Shown here: positions 53,456-62,129 of the stretch, in pieces
Position numbering within the stretch: the stretch's first letter is position 1
Layout: each line of letters starts with the position of its first letter
Origin: Acidobacteriota bacterium
Lineage (GTDB): Bacteria; Acidobacteriota; Vicinamibacteria; Vicinamibacterales; Fen-181
Direction of reading: 5' to 3'
NCBI GenBank assembly: GCA_003170135.1
Contig: PMZR01000140.1
Location: 4,382 to 68,381, forward strand
DNA: 64,000 bases
Made by a program: the position numbers and the translations under genes
Notes under the pieces: model-generated
Database searches by the model: none
The model's input: only the letters and a program-made list of their open reading frames with translations
What the model was told of the DNA's origin: nothing

Positions 53456-53532
53456 AGTCCGGAGTCCGGAGTCCGGAGTCAGGCCAAGGTCTAAGGCCCA
53501 AGGCCCAGGGACCAGGGACCAAGGACCAGGGA
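53456..53532 (+). repeat. composite heptamer array, 11 contiguous in-phase units of three unit types
   Basis: agtccgg x3, agtcagg, ccaaggt, ctaaggc, ccaaggc, ccaggga x2, ccaagga, ccaggga. Starts 3 nt after the TAG stop. Confidence 0.95.
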
Positions 53533-53545
53533 CTTCGTCTCCGTC

Positions 53546-54319
53546 CTATCTTGCGTGCACCACTAACCTCCCCGATTGCGGCCGGTTAAGGACGAGCGCC
53601 TTCAGCCGCTTCAAGATCGCCAGTGACGGCCGGTGCCGCACGTCCACCTGCGTGAATCCCGCAGCCGCCAGCATCTGCTTCATGCACTCGATGGTCGGGA
53701 TCGCCGTGAACTCGTAGCGGGTGCCTCGCTCGTGGCCGTCGCCCGGGAAGAAGCTGATGAGCGGGTAGCGCCCGTGCAGCGCGGGCACGAGCGCGTGCGT
53801 CTCGCAGACGAGCGTGCCGCGCGTGACGCCGCGCAGGCAATCGAGCACGTCGATGGGCGAGCGGAGGTGGTAGAGGACGCCGAGGAAGAGCACCAGGTCG
53901 AACTGGCCGATGACCTGCGGGTCCAGGTCCTCCGCGGCCAGGCGCATCGATTCGACCTTCGAGCCGAGCGCCGAGTGCGCCAGCAGGAAGCCGTCCTTGC
54001 CGTGCACGTCCCACGCGTAGGTGTCGATGGCCACGACGCGCGCCGCGCCCCGCCGCTCGCACTCGAACGAGAAGAACCCGTCCCAGGCGCCGACGTCGAG
54101 CACCGACTTGCCCGTCAGATCCTCGGGCAGCGAGAGGAACCGCAGCCGGCGGACAAACCGCTGGCGCACGTGCCACTCGGGCCGCGTCACCAGCCCGCCG
54201 CCGAGATCGATCGGATGGCACCACTTGATGGCGCGGACGCGGCGTTCGAGTTCGGCGCGGTCCACGTCCCCGCGCGGGGCTGCCCCAGCCGTTTGCTGCT
54301 CAATCATCCCGGGGAACAT
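53546..54319 (-). CDS. class I SAM-dependent methyltransferase
   Basis: VLDVGAWDGFFSF (motif I) and DLVLFLGVLYHL. Start ambiguous: TTG 54343, ATG 54319 or ATG 54307. Confidence 0.75.
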   Translation of the reverse strand: MFPGMIEQQTAGAAPRGDVDRAELERRVRAIKWCHPIDLGGGLVTRPEWHVRQRFVRRLRFLSLPEDLTGKSVLDVGAWDGFFSFECERRGAARVVAIDTYAWDVHGKDGFLLAHSALGSKVESMRLAAEDLDPQVIGQFDLVLFLGVLYHLRSPIDVLDCLRGVTRGTLVCETHALVPALHGRYPLISFFPGDGHERGTRYEFTAIPTIECMKQMLAAAGFTQVDVRHRPSLAILKRLKALVLNRPQSGRLVVHAR

Positions 54320-54388
54320 GCCATTGATTGGAGCGCGCGTCAACTCGCGGGACCGTTAACGCGGGCAGAGCAGGTTGGGCAGGCCTTC

Positions 54389-54679
54389 CTAGAGTTTTCC
54401 CCAGCCTCGCGTCAGGTAGTCGCTCAGCGACAACGCGAACAGGATGCCGACCCAGAACAGGCTCGCGCCGGCGACGACCCACGTGAGGCGCGTGCTGTAG
54501 CGCAGGTGCATGAAGAAGAGGACCACCAGCGACGCCTTCAGGACCGCGATGGTCAGCGCGACCACGGGGCTGAAGAACCCGAGGTCGAAGAACGCGACCC
54601 AGCTCGTCAGGCCGGTGAGGATGAGCAGCGCCCCGAAGACGGTGTAGTAGACGCGCAGCGGAACGATGTGTTCAGACAT
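54389..54679 (-). CDS. ctaF: cytochrome c oxidase subunit IV (caa3-type small subunit)
   Basis: 96 aa, 3 TM. HIVPLRVYYTVFGALLILT...VVLFFMHL is typical of the bacterial CoxIV/CtaF family. Last gene of the oxidase operon. Confidence 0.8.
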   Translation of the reverse strand: MSEHIVPLRVYYTVFGALLILTGLTSWVAFFDLGFFSPVVALTIAVLKASLVVLFFMHLRYSTRLTWVVAGASLFWVGILFALSLSDYLTRGWGKL

Positions 54680-54691
54680 GGATTATTCCAC

Positions 54692-54832
54692 GTGCGAAGT
54701 GCGATGTGCGACGTGCGACGTGCGACGTGCGGTGCGACGTGCGAGGTGCGGTGCGACGTGCGAGCATCCCGCACGCAGTCTGCACTCGGCACCCAGCACC
54801 GCACTTTGCACCTCGCACTCCGCACTCCGCAC
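54692..54832. repeat. inverted pair of heptamer arrays (GTGCGAN x11 / NNCGCAC-type arm) between ctaE and ctaF
   Basis: Left arm 54692-54764: gtgcgaa gtgcgat gtgcgac x3 gtgcg gtgcgac gtgcgag gtgcg gtgcgac gtgcgag. Right arm 54765-54832: ...gcactttgcacctcgcactccgcactccgcac. Confidence 0.95.
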
Positions 54833-54837
54833 AATCG

Positions 54838-55536
54838 TCACCTGTGTCGATCCACCAGGTACAACAGCGGGAACAGGAAAATCCAGATGATGTCCACGAA
54901 GTGCCAGTACAGGCCCGCCACCTCGATCGGCGTGTGCCACTTCTCGTTGAACACGTTGCGCCACGCCATGTACATCATCGTCAGGATGATGCCGAAGCCG
55001 ATGAATATGTGCAGCGCGTGCAGTCCCGTCATCGTGAAGTAGAGCGAGAAGAAGATCTGCGCGTGGTTCGGATCCGTCCCCTCGATCTGGAAGCCGTGCC
55101 CGGGAATGTGGTGGTCCAGGTACTCGTGGTAGTACTCGAGGAACTTCAGCCCGACGAAGATCACGCCGAGCAGCAGCGTCAGCCCCAGGAACCCCACAAT
55201 CCGTCCACGCCGCCCGTTGGCCGCCGCGTGCACCGCCATCGCCATCGTCAGGCTGCTCGTGATGAGGACGACCGTCATCCCCGCGCCCGAGTAGATGTTG
55301 AGCTGGCGGCTCGCGACGCCGAACGTGGACGGGTACCAGACGCGATAGAGCATGTAGGCGGCGAACAGGCCGCCGAAGAACAGCACTTCGGTCACCAGGA
55401 AGACCCACATGCCGAGCGTGGCCGCTTCGCGCTGCTGCTCCATGTCGTCGAAGTGGTGCGCAAGACGCGGATCGTGCGGGGGATGTGGCTGCCCCGCATG
55501 CGAGGGCGGCGACTGAGGGCTCGCCACTTCAGCCAA
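54838..55536 (-). CDS. ctaE: cytochrome c oxidase subunit III
   Basis: [32 protein letters not shown]...[20 protein letters not shown] start overlaps the ctaD stop. Confidence 0.9.
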   Translation of the reverse strand: MAEVASPQSPPSHAGQPHPPHDPRLAHHFDDMEQQREAATLGMWVFLVTEVLFFGGLFAAYMLYRVWYPSTFGVASRQLNIYSGAGMTVVLITSSLTMAMAVHAAANGRRGRIVGFLGLTLLLGVIFVGLKFLEYYHEYLDHHIPGHGFQIEGTDPNHAQIFFSLYFTMTGLHALHIFIGFGIILTMMYMAWRNVFNEKWHTPIEVAGLYWHFVDIIWIFLFPLLYLVDRHR

Positions 55537-57151
55537 GTTGGGCCTCCTGCTTCTCGTAGTCGTAGGCCGGGCCGGTCACAATCGGCGTCTCGTCGAAGTT
55601 GAAGGTCGGCGGCGGCGACGTCGTCTGCCACTCGAGGCCGGTGGCGCCCCAGGGGTTCGGCCCCGCGACTCTTCCGTACTTCAATGACAGCAGCAGGTAG
55701 ACGAGCGGCATCAGGTAGCCGATGCCGAGCACCGAGGCCCCTGCGGTGGACAGCACGTTGAGCGCCTGGAACTCGGGCGGATACGCGTGGTAGCGGCGCG
55801 GCATGCCCAGGTAGCCGAGGATGAACTGCGGGAAGAACGTCAGGTTGAAGCCGAGGAACACCGTGAGCGCCGCCAGCTTCGCCCAGATCTCCGGGTACAG
55901 GCGTCCCGTGATCTTCGGCCACCAGTAATGGATCGCCCCCAGGTACCCCATCAGCGCGCCGCCGACCATGATGTAGTGGAAGTGCGCGACGACGAAGTAG
56001 GTGTCGTGCACGTGCACGTCGATACCCAGCGTGGCGAGGAACAGCCCCGTGAGGCCGCCGATGGTGAAGAGGCCGATGAACCCGAACGCGTACAGCATCG
56101 GCGCGGTGAGCGAAATCGAGCCCTTGTAGAGCGTCGCCGTCCAGTTGAACACCTTGATCGCCGACGGGATGGCCACCAGGAAGCTGAGCACCGAGAAAAT
56201 CATCGCCGAGTACATCGAAATGCCGGCGACGAACATGTGGTGGCCCCAGACGAAGAAGCCGAGGACGGCGATCGCCAGGCTCGAGAAGGCCACCATCTTG
56301 TAGCCGAAGACGCTGTGGCGCGTGAAGGCCGCGACCAGTTCGCTGACCACGCCCATCGACGGCAGGATCATGATGTAGACGGCCGGGTGCGAGTAGAACC
56401 AGAACAGGTGCTGGAAGAGGAGCGGGTCGCCGCCATAGGCCGGGTTGAAAATCCCGAGGTGGAACGCGCGCTCAACCGCCACGAGCACCAGCGTGATCGC
56501 GAGCACGGGCGTGCCCAGCACGTTGATGAGGGCCGTCGCGTAGATCGACCAGAGGAACAGCGGCATCCGCATCCACGTCATGCCCGGCGCGCGCATGCGG
56601 TGGATCGTGACGATGAAATTGAGGCCCGTGAGGATCGACGAGAAGCCCGCGATGAAGACCCCGATCGCCGCGGTCAGCACGTTCGTGTTCGACGCCACCG
56701 TGCTGAACGGCGTGTAGAACGTCCAGCCGGTGTCCACGCCGCCGGTGGCGATGGCCCACAGCGTGAACGCCCCGCCCAGCACGTAGACGTACCAGCTGAG
56801 CAGGTTGATCTTCGGAAACGCCAGGTCGCGCGCGCCGATCATCATCGGCACCAGGAAATTGCCGAAGACAGCCGGAATCGACGGAATCAGGAAGAGGAAG
56901 ATCATCACGATGCCGTGCATCGTGAACAGCTTGTTGTAGGTGTCGTCCGACACGAGATCGCCCGGCGGCGTCAGCAACTCGAGGCGGATCACGCCGGCGA
57001 ACAGCGCGCCGATGCCGAAGAACACCGTGATGCTGATGAGGTACAGGATCGCAATCCGCTTGTGATCGGTCGTCAGCAGCCACGACTTGATGCCGTAGTC
57101 GGCGTTGAGGTAGTGCGTCTTCGGGAGCGCGAGCGCTTCGGGTGATTCCAT
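55529..57151 (-). CDS. ctaD: cytochrome c oxidase subunit I
   Basis: [29 protein letters not shown] and VVAHFHY haem-copper oxidase signatures. Confidence 0.95.
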   Translation of the reverse strand: MESPEALALPKTHYLNADYGIKSWLLTTDHKRIAILYLISITVFFGIGALFAGVIRLELLTPPGDLVSDDTYNKLFTMHGIVMIFLFLIPSIPAVFGNFLVPMMIGARDLAFPKINLLSWYVYVLGGAFTLWAIATGGVDTGWTFYTPFSTVASNTNVLTAAIGVFIAGFSSILTGLNFIVTIHRMRAPGMTWMRMPLFLWSIYATALINVLGTPVLAITLVLVAVERAFHLGIFNPAYGGDPLLFQHLFWFYSHPAVYIMILPSMGVVSELVAAFTRHSVFGYKMVAFSSLAIAVLGFFVWGHHMFVAGISMYSAMIFSVLSFLVAIPSAIKVFNWTATLYKGSISLTAPMLYAFGFIGLFTIGGLTGLFLATLGIDVHVHDTYFVVAHFHYIMVGGALMGYLGAIHYWWPKITGRLYPEIWAKLAALTVFLGFNLTFFPQFILGYLGMPRRYHAYPPEFQALNVLSTAGASVLGIGYLMPLVYLLLSLKYGRVAGPNPWGATGLEWQTTSPPPTFNFDETPIVTGPAYDYEKQEAQLG

Positions 57152-57157
57152 AAGGAC

Positions 57158-58189
57158 CTACCGCTTCGGCATCGGACCCTGGGGCGGACGCGCCGGGGTC
57201 GTTTCACCCGGTCGCGGCCCCGTCGGTGCCTCGCCTTGCGGCTGGGGCGGGAGCGCCGTGGTGGCGATCGACTTGATGTACTCGATGAGCTGCAGCAACT
57301 GCTCTTCGCTGACGACGCCCTGGAACGACGGCATGATCGGCTGGAATCCCGCCACGTTCGTCCCTCCCGGCGTCAGGATGCACGTGCGCAGATAGGCTTC
57401 GTCGACCGTGGCGGCCTGGCCGTTCGCCAGCTGGACCTGGTGGCCGAACAGCCCCTGCAGCACCGGCCCGCGCCCCTGGCCATCGGATTTGTGGCAGGTC
57501 ACGCATCCGAGGTCCTGGAACAGCTTCTCGCCCGCCGACGCCATCGAGCCTTCGCCTGTCCCGCCCGCGAGCCACGTCTCATAGTCGGCCGGCGCCATGA
57601 CCACCACCTGGCCGATCATGCCGGAGTGTTTCGTGCCGCAGTATTGTGTGCAGAAGAAACGATAGGTGCCGGGCTGGGTCGGCCTGAACCAGATGGTCGT
57701 GTACCGCCCGGGCACGATGTCCGCCTTCATGCGAAACGCCGGCACGAACAGGTCGTGAATGACGTCCTCGGACGCCAGGGTCAGCTTGACGGCGCGGCCC
57801 GTGGGCACGTGCAGCTCGTCGATCTCGCGCTGGCCGCCCAGGTGCTGGAACTTGAACATCCACTGCTTGGCGACGACGTAGATGTCGAGCGTGTCGGAGG
57901 GCGGCGACCCCATCGAGAAGTACACGCCGGCGCCCCAGAAGAACATCACCATCGTCAGCAGCACGGGGATTGCCGTCCACAACACTTCGACGGCGTACCC
58001 GGCGTGGACAGGCTGGCCGATGTCGCCGCGTGCACGCTGGCGGTAGCGATAGGCGAAATACACGACCAGCGCGGCGATGAGGATGCTGAAGAAGGCGCTG
58101 ACGCCGACGAGGAAGAAGTACAACGCGTCGACGCGCCCGGCCATCGTCGAGGCGCGCTCGGGGAACACGGGGAAGAAACGCGGCCACAT
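57158..58189 (-). CDS. coxB: cytochrome c oxidase subunit II with fused C-terminal cytochrome c domain (caa3-type)
   Basis: CuA site FFCTQYCGTKHSGM and C-terminal CVTCH haem c motif. Two N-terminal TM segments. Confidence 0.92.
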   Translation of the reverse strand: MWPRFFPVFPERASTMAGRVDALYFFLVGVSAFFSILIAALVVYFAYRYRQRARGDIGQPVHAGYAVEVLWTAIPVLLTMVMFFWGAGVYFSMGSPPSDTLDIYVVAKQWMFKFQHLGGQREIDELHVPTGRAVKLTLASEDVIHDLFVPAFRMKADIVPGRYTTIWFRPTQPGTYRFFCTQYCGTKHSGMIGQVVVMAPADYETWLAGGTGEGSMASAGEKLFQDLGCVTCHKSDGQGRGPVLQGLFGHQVQLANGQAATVDEAYLRTCILTPGGTNVAGFQPIMPSFQGVVSEEQLLQLIEYIKSIATTALPPQPQGEAPTGPRPGETTPARPPQGPMPKR

Positions 58190-58195
58190 AGTCGG

Positions 58196-59167
58196 TCACC
58201 GATCGATGCGATGTTTCACGGACTCGGGGCGCGTCGTCGCGCCCGGCTGGTCTCGGCTCGTCGCCGGCGAGCCCGGCACGTTCGGCGGCGGCTCCCCGGT
58301 CTTCGTGCGCTTGCGCTCGCGCGAGACCATGGCCACGATGAACGACCCGAGCACCACGACGGTGACGATGCCACCCAGGCGGATCACGTTCAGGACGACG
58401 AGGCCGTACTTTCCCGTCTTCGGGTCGTAGTGGTAGCAGTAGAGGAGCACGCGGTCCACGGGCGTGCCGATGCGGCCCGCGGACGCGTCCACCAGCGCCA
58501 GCCGGAGATCGCGCGGGGAATATTCGATGCCGTAGAGATACTTCGCGAGACGGCCGTCGGCGGTGGCCACCATGATGCCCGACGCGTGCGCGTAGATGCC
58601 GGTGGCCTCGTCGTAGACGTAATGGAACCCGACCGCGTCGGTGAGCGGCTTGATCGACGCGTCCTGCCCGGTCAAAAAATGCCAGGCAGATGCGGCGTCC
58701 GCGTGCCCGTAGCGCTGGATGTAGGACTTCTTCTTCCGGGCGGCGAGCTGCGGCGTCTCACGCGGATTGAAGCTGACGGTGACCAGTTCGTAGTCGCTGC
58801 CCGGGTTGAGCGACATGCCTTTCATCGCGCCCGCCAGGCCGTTCAGGACCAGCGTGCACAACATCGGACAGTCGTAGTAGACGAGCGTCAGGACGACCGG
58901 CTTCCGGTGATTGAAGTACTGGGCGAGCGTGACCGACCGTCCCGCCTCGTCTTTGAAGGGCAGGTCGAGCGGAATCTGCGCGTTCAGCCGTTGATCGAAC
59001 GCGATTTTCTGCAGGTCGGCCGGCTGCACGCCCGCCGGCAAGTCGCCCTTGGACATCATGCCGTTGGCCGGAACGCCGTTGTACTGCGCCAGCGCGCCCG
59101 CCGGCCACGCGAGCGCGGCGGCGAGAACGAGTCCACAGAGCGCCGCTTTCATGGTCCTGTCCTTCAT
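58196..59167 (-). CDS. SCO1/SenC family copper chaperone with C-terminal TM anchor
   Basis: VLTLVYYDCPMLCT (CxxxC) plus a downstream conserved His region. ATG 59167 overlaps the upstream stop (ATGA). It is only the last third of the 912-aa ORF in the track. Confidence 0.85.
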   Translation of the reverse strand: MKDRTMKAALCGLVLAAALAWPAGALAQYNGVPANGMMSKGDLPAGVQPADLQKIAFDQRLNAQIPLDLPFKDEAGRSVTLAQYFNHRKPVVLTLVYYDCPMLCTLVLNGLAGAMKGMSLNPGSDYELVTVSFNPRETPQLAARKKKSYIQRYGHADAASAWHFLTGQDASIKPLTDAVGFHYVYDEATGIYAHASGIMVATADGRLAKYLYGIEYSPRDLRLALVDASAGRIGTPVDRVLLYCYHYDPKTGKYGLVVLNVIRLGGIVTVVVLGSFIVAMVSRERKRTKTGEPPPNVPGSPATSRDQPGATTRPESVKHRIDR

Positions 59168-59640
59168 CGCGTCATCGGCGGCTCGGGCCCCTTCGCGGGG
59201 CTCGAGCCCTCCGGCGCATTCGCCGTGCCCGGCGCCGCAGGCCCGGCCACCGGGAATCCCTGCTGCATCACCTGGTTCATCGCCTGCCAGATCGGGATGC
59301 GCACGGCGCCGGCCTGCTGGTTGACCCAGGTGTAGGAGTTCAGCAAGTCGTCTTCCTGCCTCCGAAGCGCCTTGAGGTCTTCGCGGGGCTTCAATTGCAG
59401 GCGCGGGCTGGGCGGCAGGCGGAGCTCGCCGCCCCTCTGCGCGATCGGGTACTCGCTCACCTGCGTGCTCGTCTCCTGGTGTCGATAGAAGCCGAACAAC
59501 AGCCAGACCACCAGACAGATCACGATCCCCGCGACGACGAGCGAGGCGCCAAAGCCGACGATGACGCGAATGTCGATGTCGCGCCCCTCGTGGCCGACCG
59601 CGGGGTCGTCGACGCCTGAACCGTGCGGTGTGTCGTTCAT
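59164..59640 (-). CDS. single-TM membrane protein of the ACIII/oxidase operon (possibly ActG-like)
   Basis: One TM (VIVGFGASLVVAGIVICLVVWLLFGF). Positioned between actF and SCO. ATG 59640 is chosen because upstream codons are heptamer repeat. Confidence 0.55.
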   Translation of the reverse strand: MNDTPHGSGVDDPAVGHEGRDIDIRVIVGFGASLVVAGIVICLVVWLLFGFYRHQETSTQVSEYPIAQRGGELRLPPSPRLQLKPREDLKALRRQEDDLLNSYTWVNQQAGAVRIPIWQAMNQVMQQGFPVAGPAAPGTANAPEGSSPAKGPEPPMTR

Positions 59641-59685
59641 GCCAAAGCCAAGGCCCAAGGCCGAAAGCCGAAAGCCGAAAGCCCT
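59641..59685. repeat. heptamer-type array GCCAAA/GCCCAAG/GCCGAAA (7 units) exactly filling the actF to next-gene gap
   Basis: gccaaa gccaag gcccaag gccgaaa gccgaaa gccgaaa gccctc. Confidence 0.9.
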
Positions 59686-60867
59686 CTAGTGTCTCTTCAG
59701 CGCGTTCGCCAGCTCCAGAGAATCGTGCAGCGGCAGCAACGGCCGGCTCGCCAGCTGCCACGCAAAAACGCTGACGAACAGTCCGCCGACGGCGATCGTC
59801 GTCGCGAAATCCTGCCAGCTCACCACCAGGCGCCCCTGGTGCGTTTCGGGCGCCACCATCCAGAACAGATCCAGCAGCCGCATGAACAGCAACAGGACCA
59901 CGACCGCGCGCAGCACCGGCAGGGCCCGCTTGGTCCGCCGCATGAGCAGCAGCACGAACGGCACGAAGAAATGGAACACGGCGAGCGTGAGAGCGATCCA
60001 CTGCCAGCCGACGCCCAGCCGGTGCACGTACCAGGGGATCTCCTCCGGCAGGTTGCCGGCCCAGATGAGCAGCAGCTGCGAGAACGACGTGTAGGCCCAT
60101 AGCATGACGAAGGCCAGCACCATGTTGCCGACGTCCCGCATCGTTGTGACGCGCAGCAGCGTCGAGAACGGGGCATCGCGCGACAGCTGGACGAGCACGA
60201 GGGTGGCGAACGCTAGCGCGCTCAATCCCTGGCCCGTCATGAAGATCATCCCGAAGATCGTGGAGTACCAATGCGGCTCGAGCGACATTACCCAGTCGAT
60301 CGTAGCAAACGTGATCGTGAAGGCGTAGAGGACGAGCCCGGGTGCCGCGAGGCGCCCGAGGCGGCGGAAGTAGGTCGGATCGCCCGTTCGATCGTTCTCC
60401 CGCGACCAGTGATTGACCAGGAAGGCCAGCAGCAGCCAGGCGGCGAAGTAGATGAGGGCGCGCACGACGAAGAACGGCACGTTCAGGTAGAGCGCCTTTG
60501 CCCGGATCGTCGCGTCCACGCCCGGCAGCGTCCAGGGATACAGCCAGTGCAGGCCCAGGAGAATCGGCAGGAAGAGAATGGCCATGAGCGGCAGCGTGCG
60601 CGTGGCGGCTTCGAGCGGGCGCCGCATGACGAACGCCCACACGCCGCCGGTCAGGTACTGCATCATCGCGATGGCCAGCGAGCCGAGCGCCACGCCCAGC
60701 CAGAACATGAAGGCCATCAGGTACGAGTGGAAGAACTGGTTCGGGTCGGCCATCGCGCCGGCGACGCAGGCGGCGGCGCCGACCAGGCCGACGACGAGCC
60801 CGGTGGTCCGGGCCCGCTGCAATCCCGCCGGAGGCGCGACGTTGAGGTCGAGGAGGTCGTCGTTCAC
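59686..60867 (-). CDS. actF: Alternative Complex III subunit ActF (NrfD-like membrane subunit 2)
   Basis: 393 aa, about 10 TM. Position after actE in the conserved actABCDEF order. GTG start. Confidence 0.75.
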   Translation of the reverse strand: MNDDLLDLNVAPPAGLQRARTTGLVVGLVGAAACVAGAMADPNQFFHSYLMAFMFWLGVALGSLAIAMMQYLTGGVWAFVMRRPLEAATRTLPLMAILFLPILLGLHWLYPWTLPGVDATIRAKALYLNVPFFVVRALIYFAAWLLLAFLVNHWSRENDRTGDPTYFRRLGRLAAPGLVLYAFTITFATIDWVMSLEPHWYSTIFGMIFMTGQGLSALAFATLVLVQLSRDAPFSTLLRVTTMRDVGNMVLAFVMLWAYTSFSQLLLIWAGNLPEEIPWYVHRLGVGWQWIALTLAVFHFFVPFVLLLMRRTKRALPVLRAVVVLLLFMRLLDLFWMVAPETHQGRLVVSWQDFATTIAVGGLFVSVFAWQLASRPLLPLHDSLELANALKRH

Positions 60868-60882
60868 AGCGCGTTACCCATC

Positions 60883-60955
60883 GTGCGAGGTGCGAGGTGC
60901 CAGCACCCGGCACACCAGCACTTCGCACGAGCACTCAGCACCCAGCACCTGGCAC
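60883..60955. repeat. inverted pair of heptamer arrays (GTGCGAG x2-3 / NNNGCAC x7) between actE and actF
   Basis: gtgcgag gtgcgag gtgccag | cacccggcacaccagcacttcgcacgagcactcagcacccagcacctggcac. Confidence 0.9.
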
Positions 60956-61542
60956 TACTTCGGCGCATCGTGGACCTCGTTGCGCTTCCCGGGCGGCACG
61001 TCGGCGATTGACGCCGCGGTGGTGGCCTGAAGCGCCCGGATGTAGGCGACGATCGCCCACCTGTCGCGGACCGGCACCTGCTGCTTGTAGTCCGGCATCG
61101 CGCCGAAGCCGTTCGTGATCACGTCGAAGAAGTGGCCCGCCGGCGCCTGCCGCAACCGGTCGACGTGCAGCGAGGGCGGCGCGCGGAACCCGCGGCGCAC
61201 GATCATCCCGTCGCCGTTGCCCGTCCGCGAATGGCACGGCGCGCAGAAGATGTCGTAGCGCTCGTGCCCGCGCGTCATGACGTCCCAGGTGACCGGGAAC
61301 GGGAACACCGTGGCAAGCTCACCGTTCACCTTGCCGGTGTACAGCACGTCGTCGCCTTCCACGTCGCCTCGCGCGACCGTCCCTTCGACGAGCGGCCGCT
61401 CCGAGCGGTGATCAGCGAAGAACTCGCTCTCCCGCAGCGGGATGTATTTCGGCTGGTCGTGCATGTCCTGCCGGCAGCCGCCAAGCGCCAGCAGTCCAAT
61501 CAGCCCGAGGCCTGCGCAGAGTCGTTCGCGGTTACGCCACAA
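60955..61542 (-). CDS. actE: Alternative Complex III subunit ActE (monohaem cytochrome c lipoprotein)
   Basis: Lipobox LALGGC and CAPCH haem-binding motif. TTG start overlaps the actD stop. Confidence 0.8.
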   Translation of the reverse strand: MWRNRERLCAGLGLIGLLALGGCRQDMHDQPKYIPLRESEFFADHRSERPLVEGTVARGDVEGDDVLYTGKVNGELATVFPFPVTWDVMTRGHERYDIFCAPCHSRTGNGDGMIVRRGFRAPPSLHVDRLRQAPAGHFFDVITNGFGAMPDYKQQVPVRDRWAIVAYIRALQATTAASIADVPPGKRNEVHDAPK

Positions 61543-62065
61543 CGTCCGACACCTCTCGCGGCGCCAGGCTCAGCAGGAACTGGCGCGTGGCGTGCGCATC
61601 GAACTTCGGATCCGCGGCTTCGATGCACAGGAAGAACCGATCGCGCGTTGCGAGCGCGAACCGCGGAACGTTGAACACCGGGTGGTAGAGCATCGGCAGC
61701 CGATTCAGCGCGAGCATGCCGAAGACCGCTGTCGCCGCGGCCAGCAGCACCGTCATCTCGAAGGTGACCGGCACGAACGCGGGCCAGCTGTTGTACGGGC
61801 GGCCGCCGACATTGAGCGGATAAGCGATGACCGCCACCCAGTACTGCAGCGCGAAGCCGGACAGGGCGCCGATGGCGCCGCCACACAGGACGAGCAGCGG
61901 CACCGCCGTGCCGTGGATGCCCAGCGCCTCGGTCAGTTCCTCGATCGGGAACGGCGCATACGCGTCCATCTGGCGGTAGCCCTCGTCGTACGCGCGGCGG
62001 GTGACGTCCACCAGCGTCTTCGGATCGTCGAATTCGGCCATCAGGCCGTATAACGGCTCGGCCAT
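61532..62065 (-). CDS. actD: Alternative Complex III subunit ActD (DUF3341-type)
   Basis: LYGLMAEFDDP..L......Y..GY...DAY.PFP N-terminal pattern plus two TM segments. ATG 62065. Confidence 0.8.
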   Translation of the reverse strand: MAEPLYGLMAEFDDPKTLVDVTRRAYDEGYRQMDAYAPFPIEELTEALGIHGTAVPLLVLCGGAIGALSGFALQYWVAVIAYPLNVGGRPYNSWPAFVPVTFEMTVLLAAATAVFGMLALNRLPMLYHPVFNVPRFALATRDRFFLCIEAADPKFDAHATRQFLLSLAPREVSDVVA

Positions 62066-62085
62066 GCTCAAACGCCTCGCGCGTC

Positions 62086-62127
62086 GTCCGGAGTCCGAGG
62101 TCCGAACTCGACACCGGACTCCGGACT
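62086..62127. repeat. inverted pair of heptamer arrays (GTCCGGA/GTCCGAG/GTCCGAA vs CCGGACT x2) between actC and actD
   Basis: gtccgga gtccgag gtccgaa ctcgaca ccggact ccggact. Confidence 0.9.
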
Positions 62128-62129
62128 CG

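Noticed and set aside
58196-60934. 912-aa ORF in the track spanning SCO through actF.
   Set aside because: Only the C-terminal 323 aa (from ATG 59167) look like a real protein (SCO1/SenC). The upstream part is an out-of-frame read-through of the ActG-like and actF genes, which have their own coherent membrane-protein frames.
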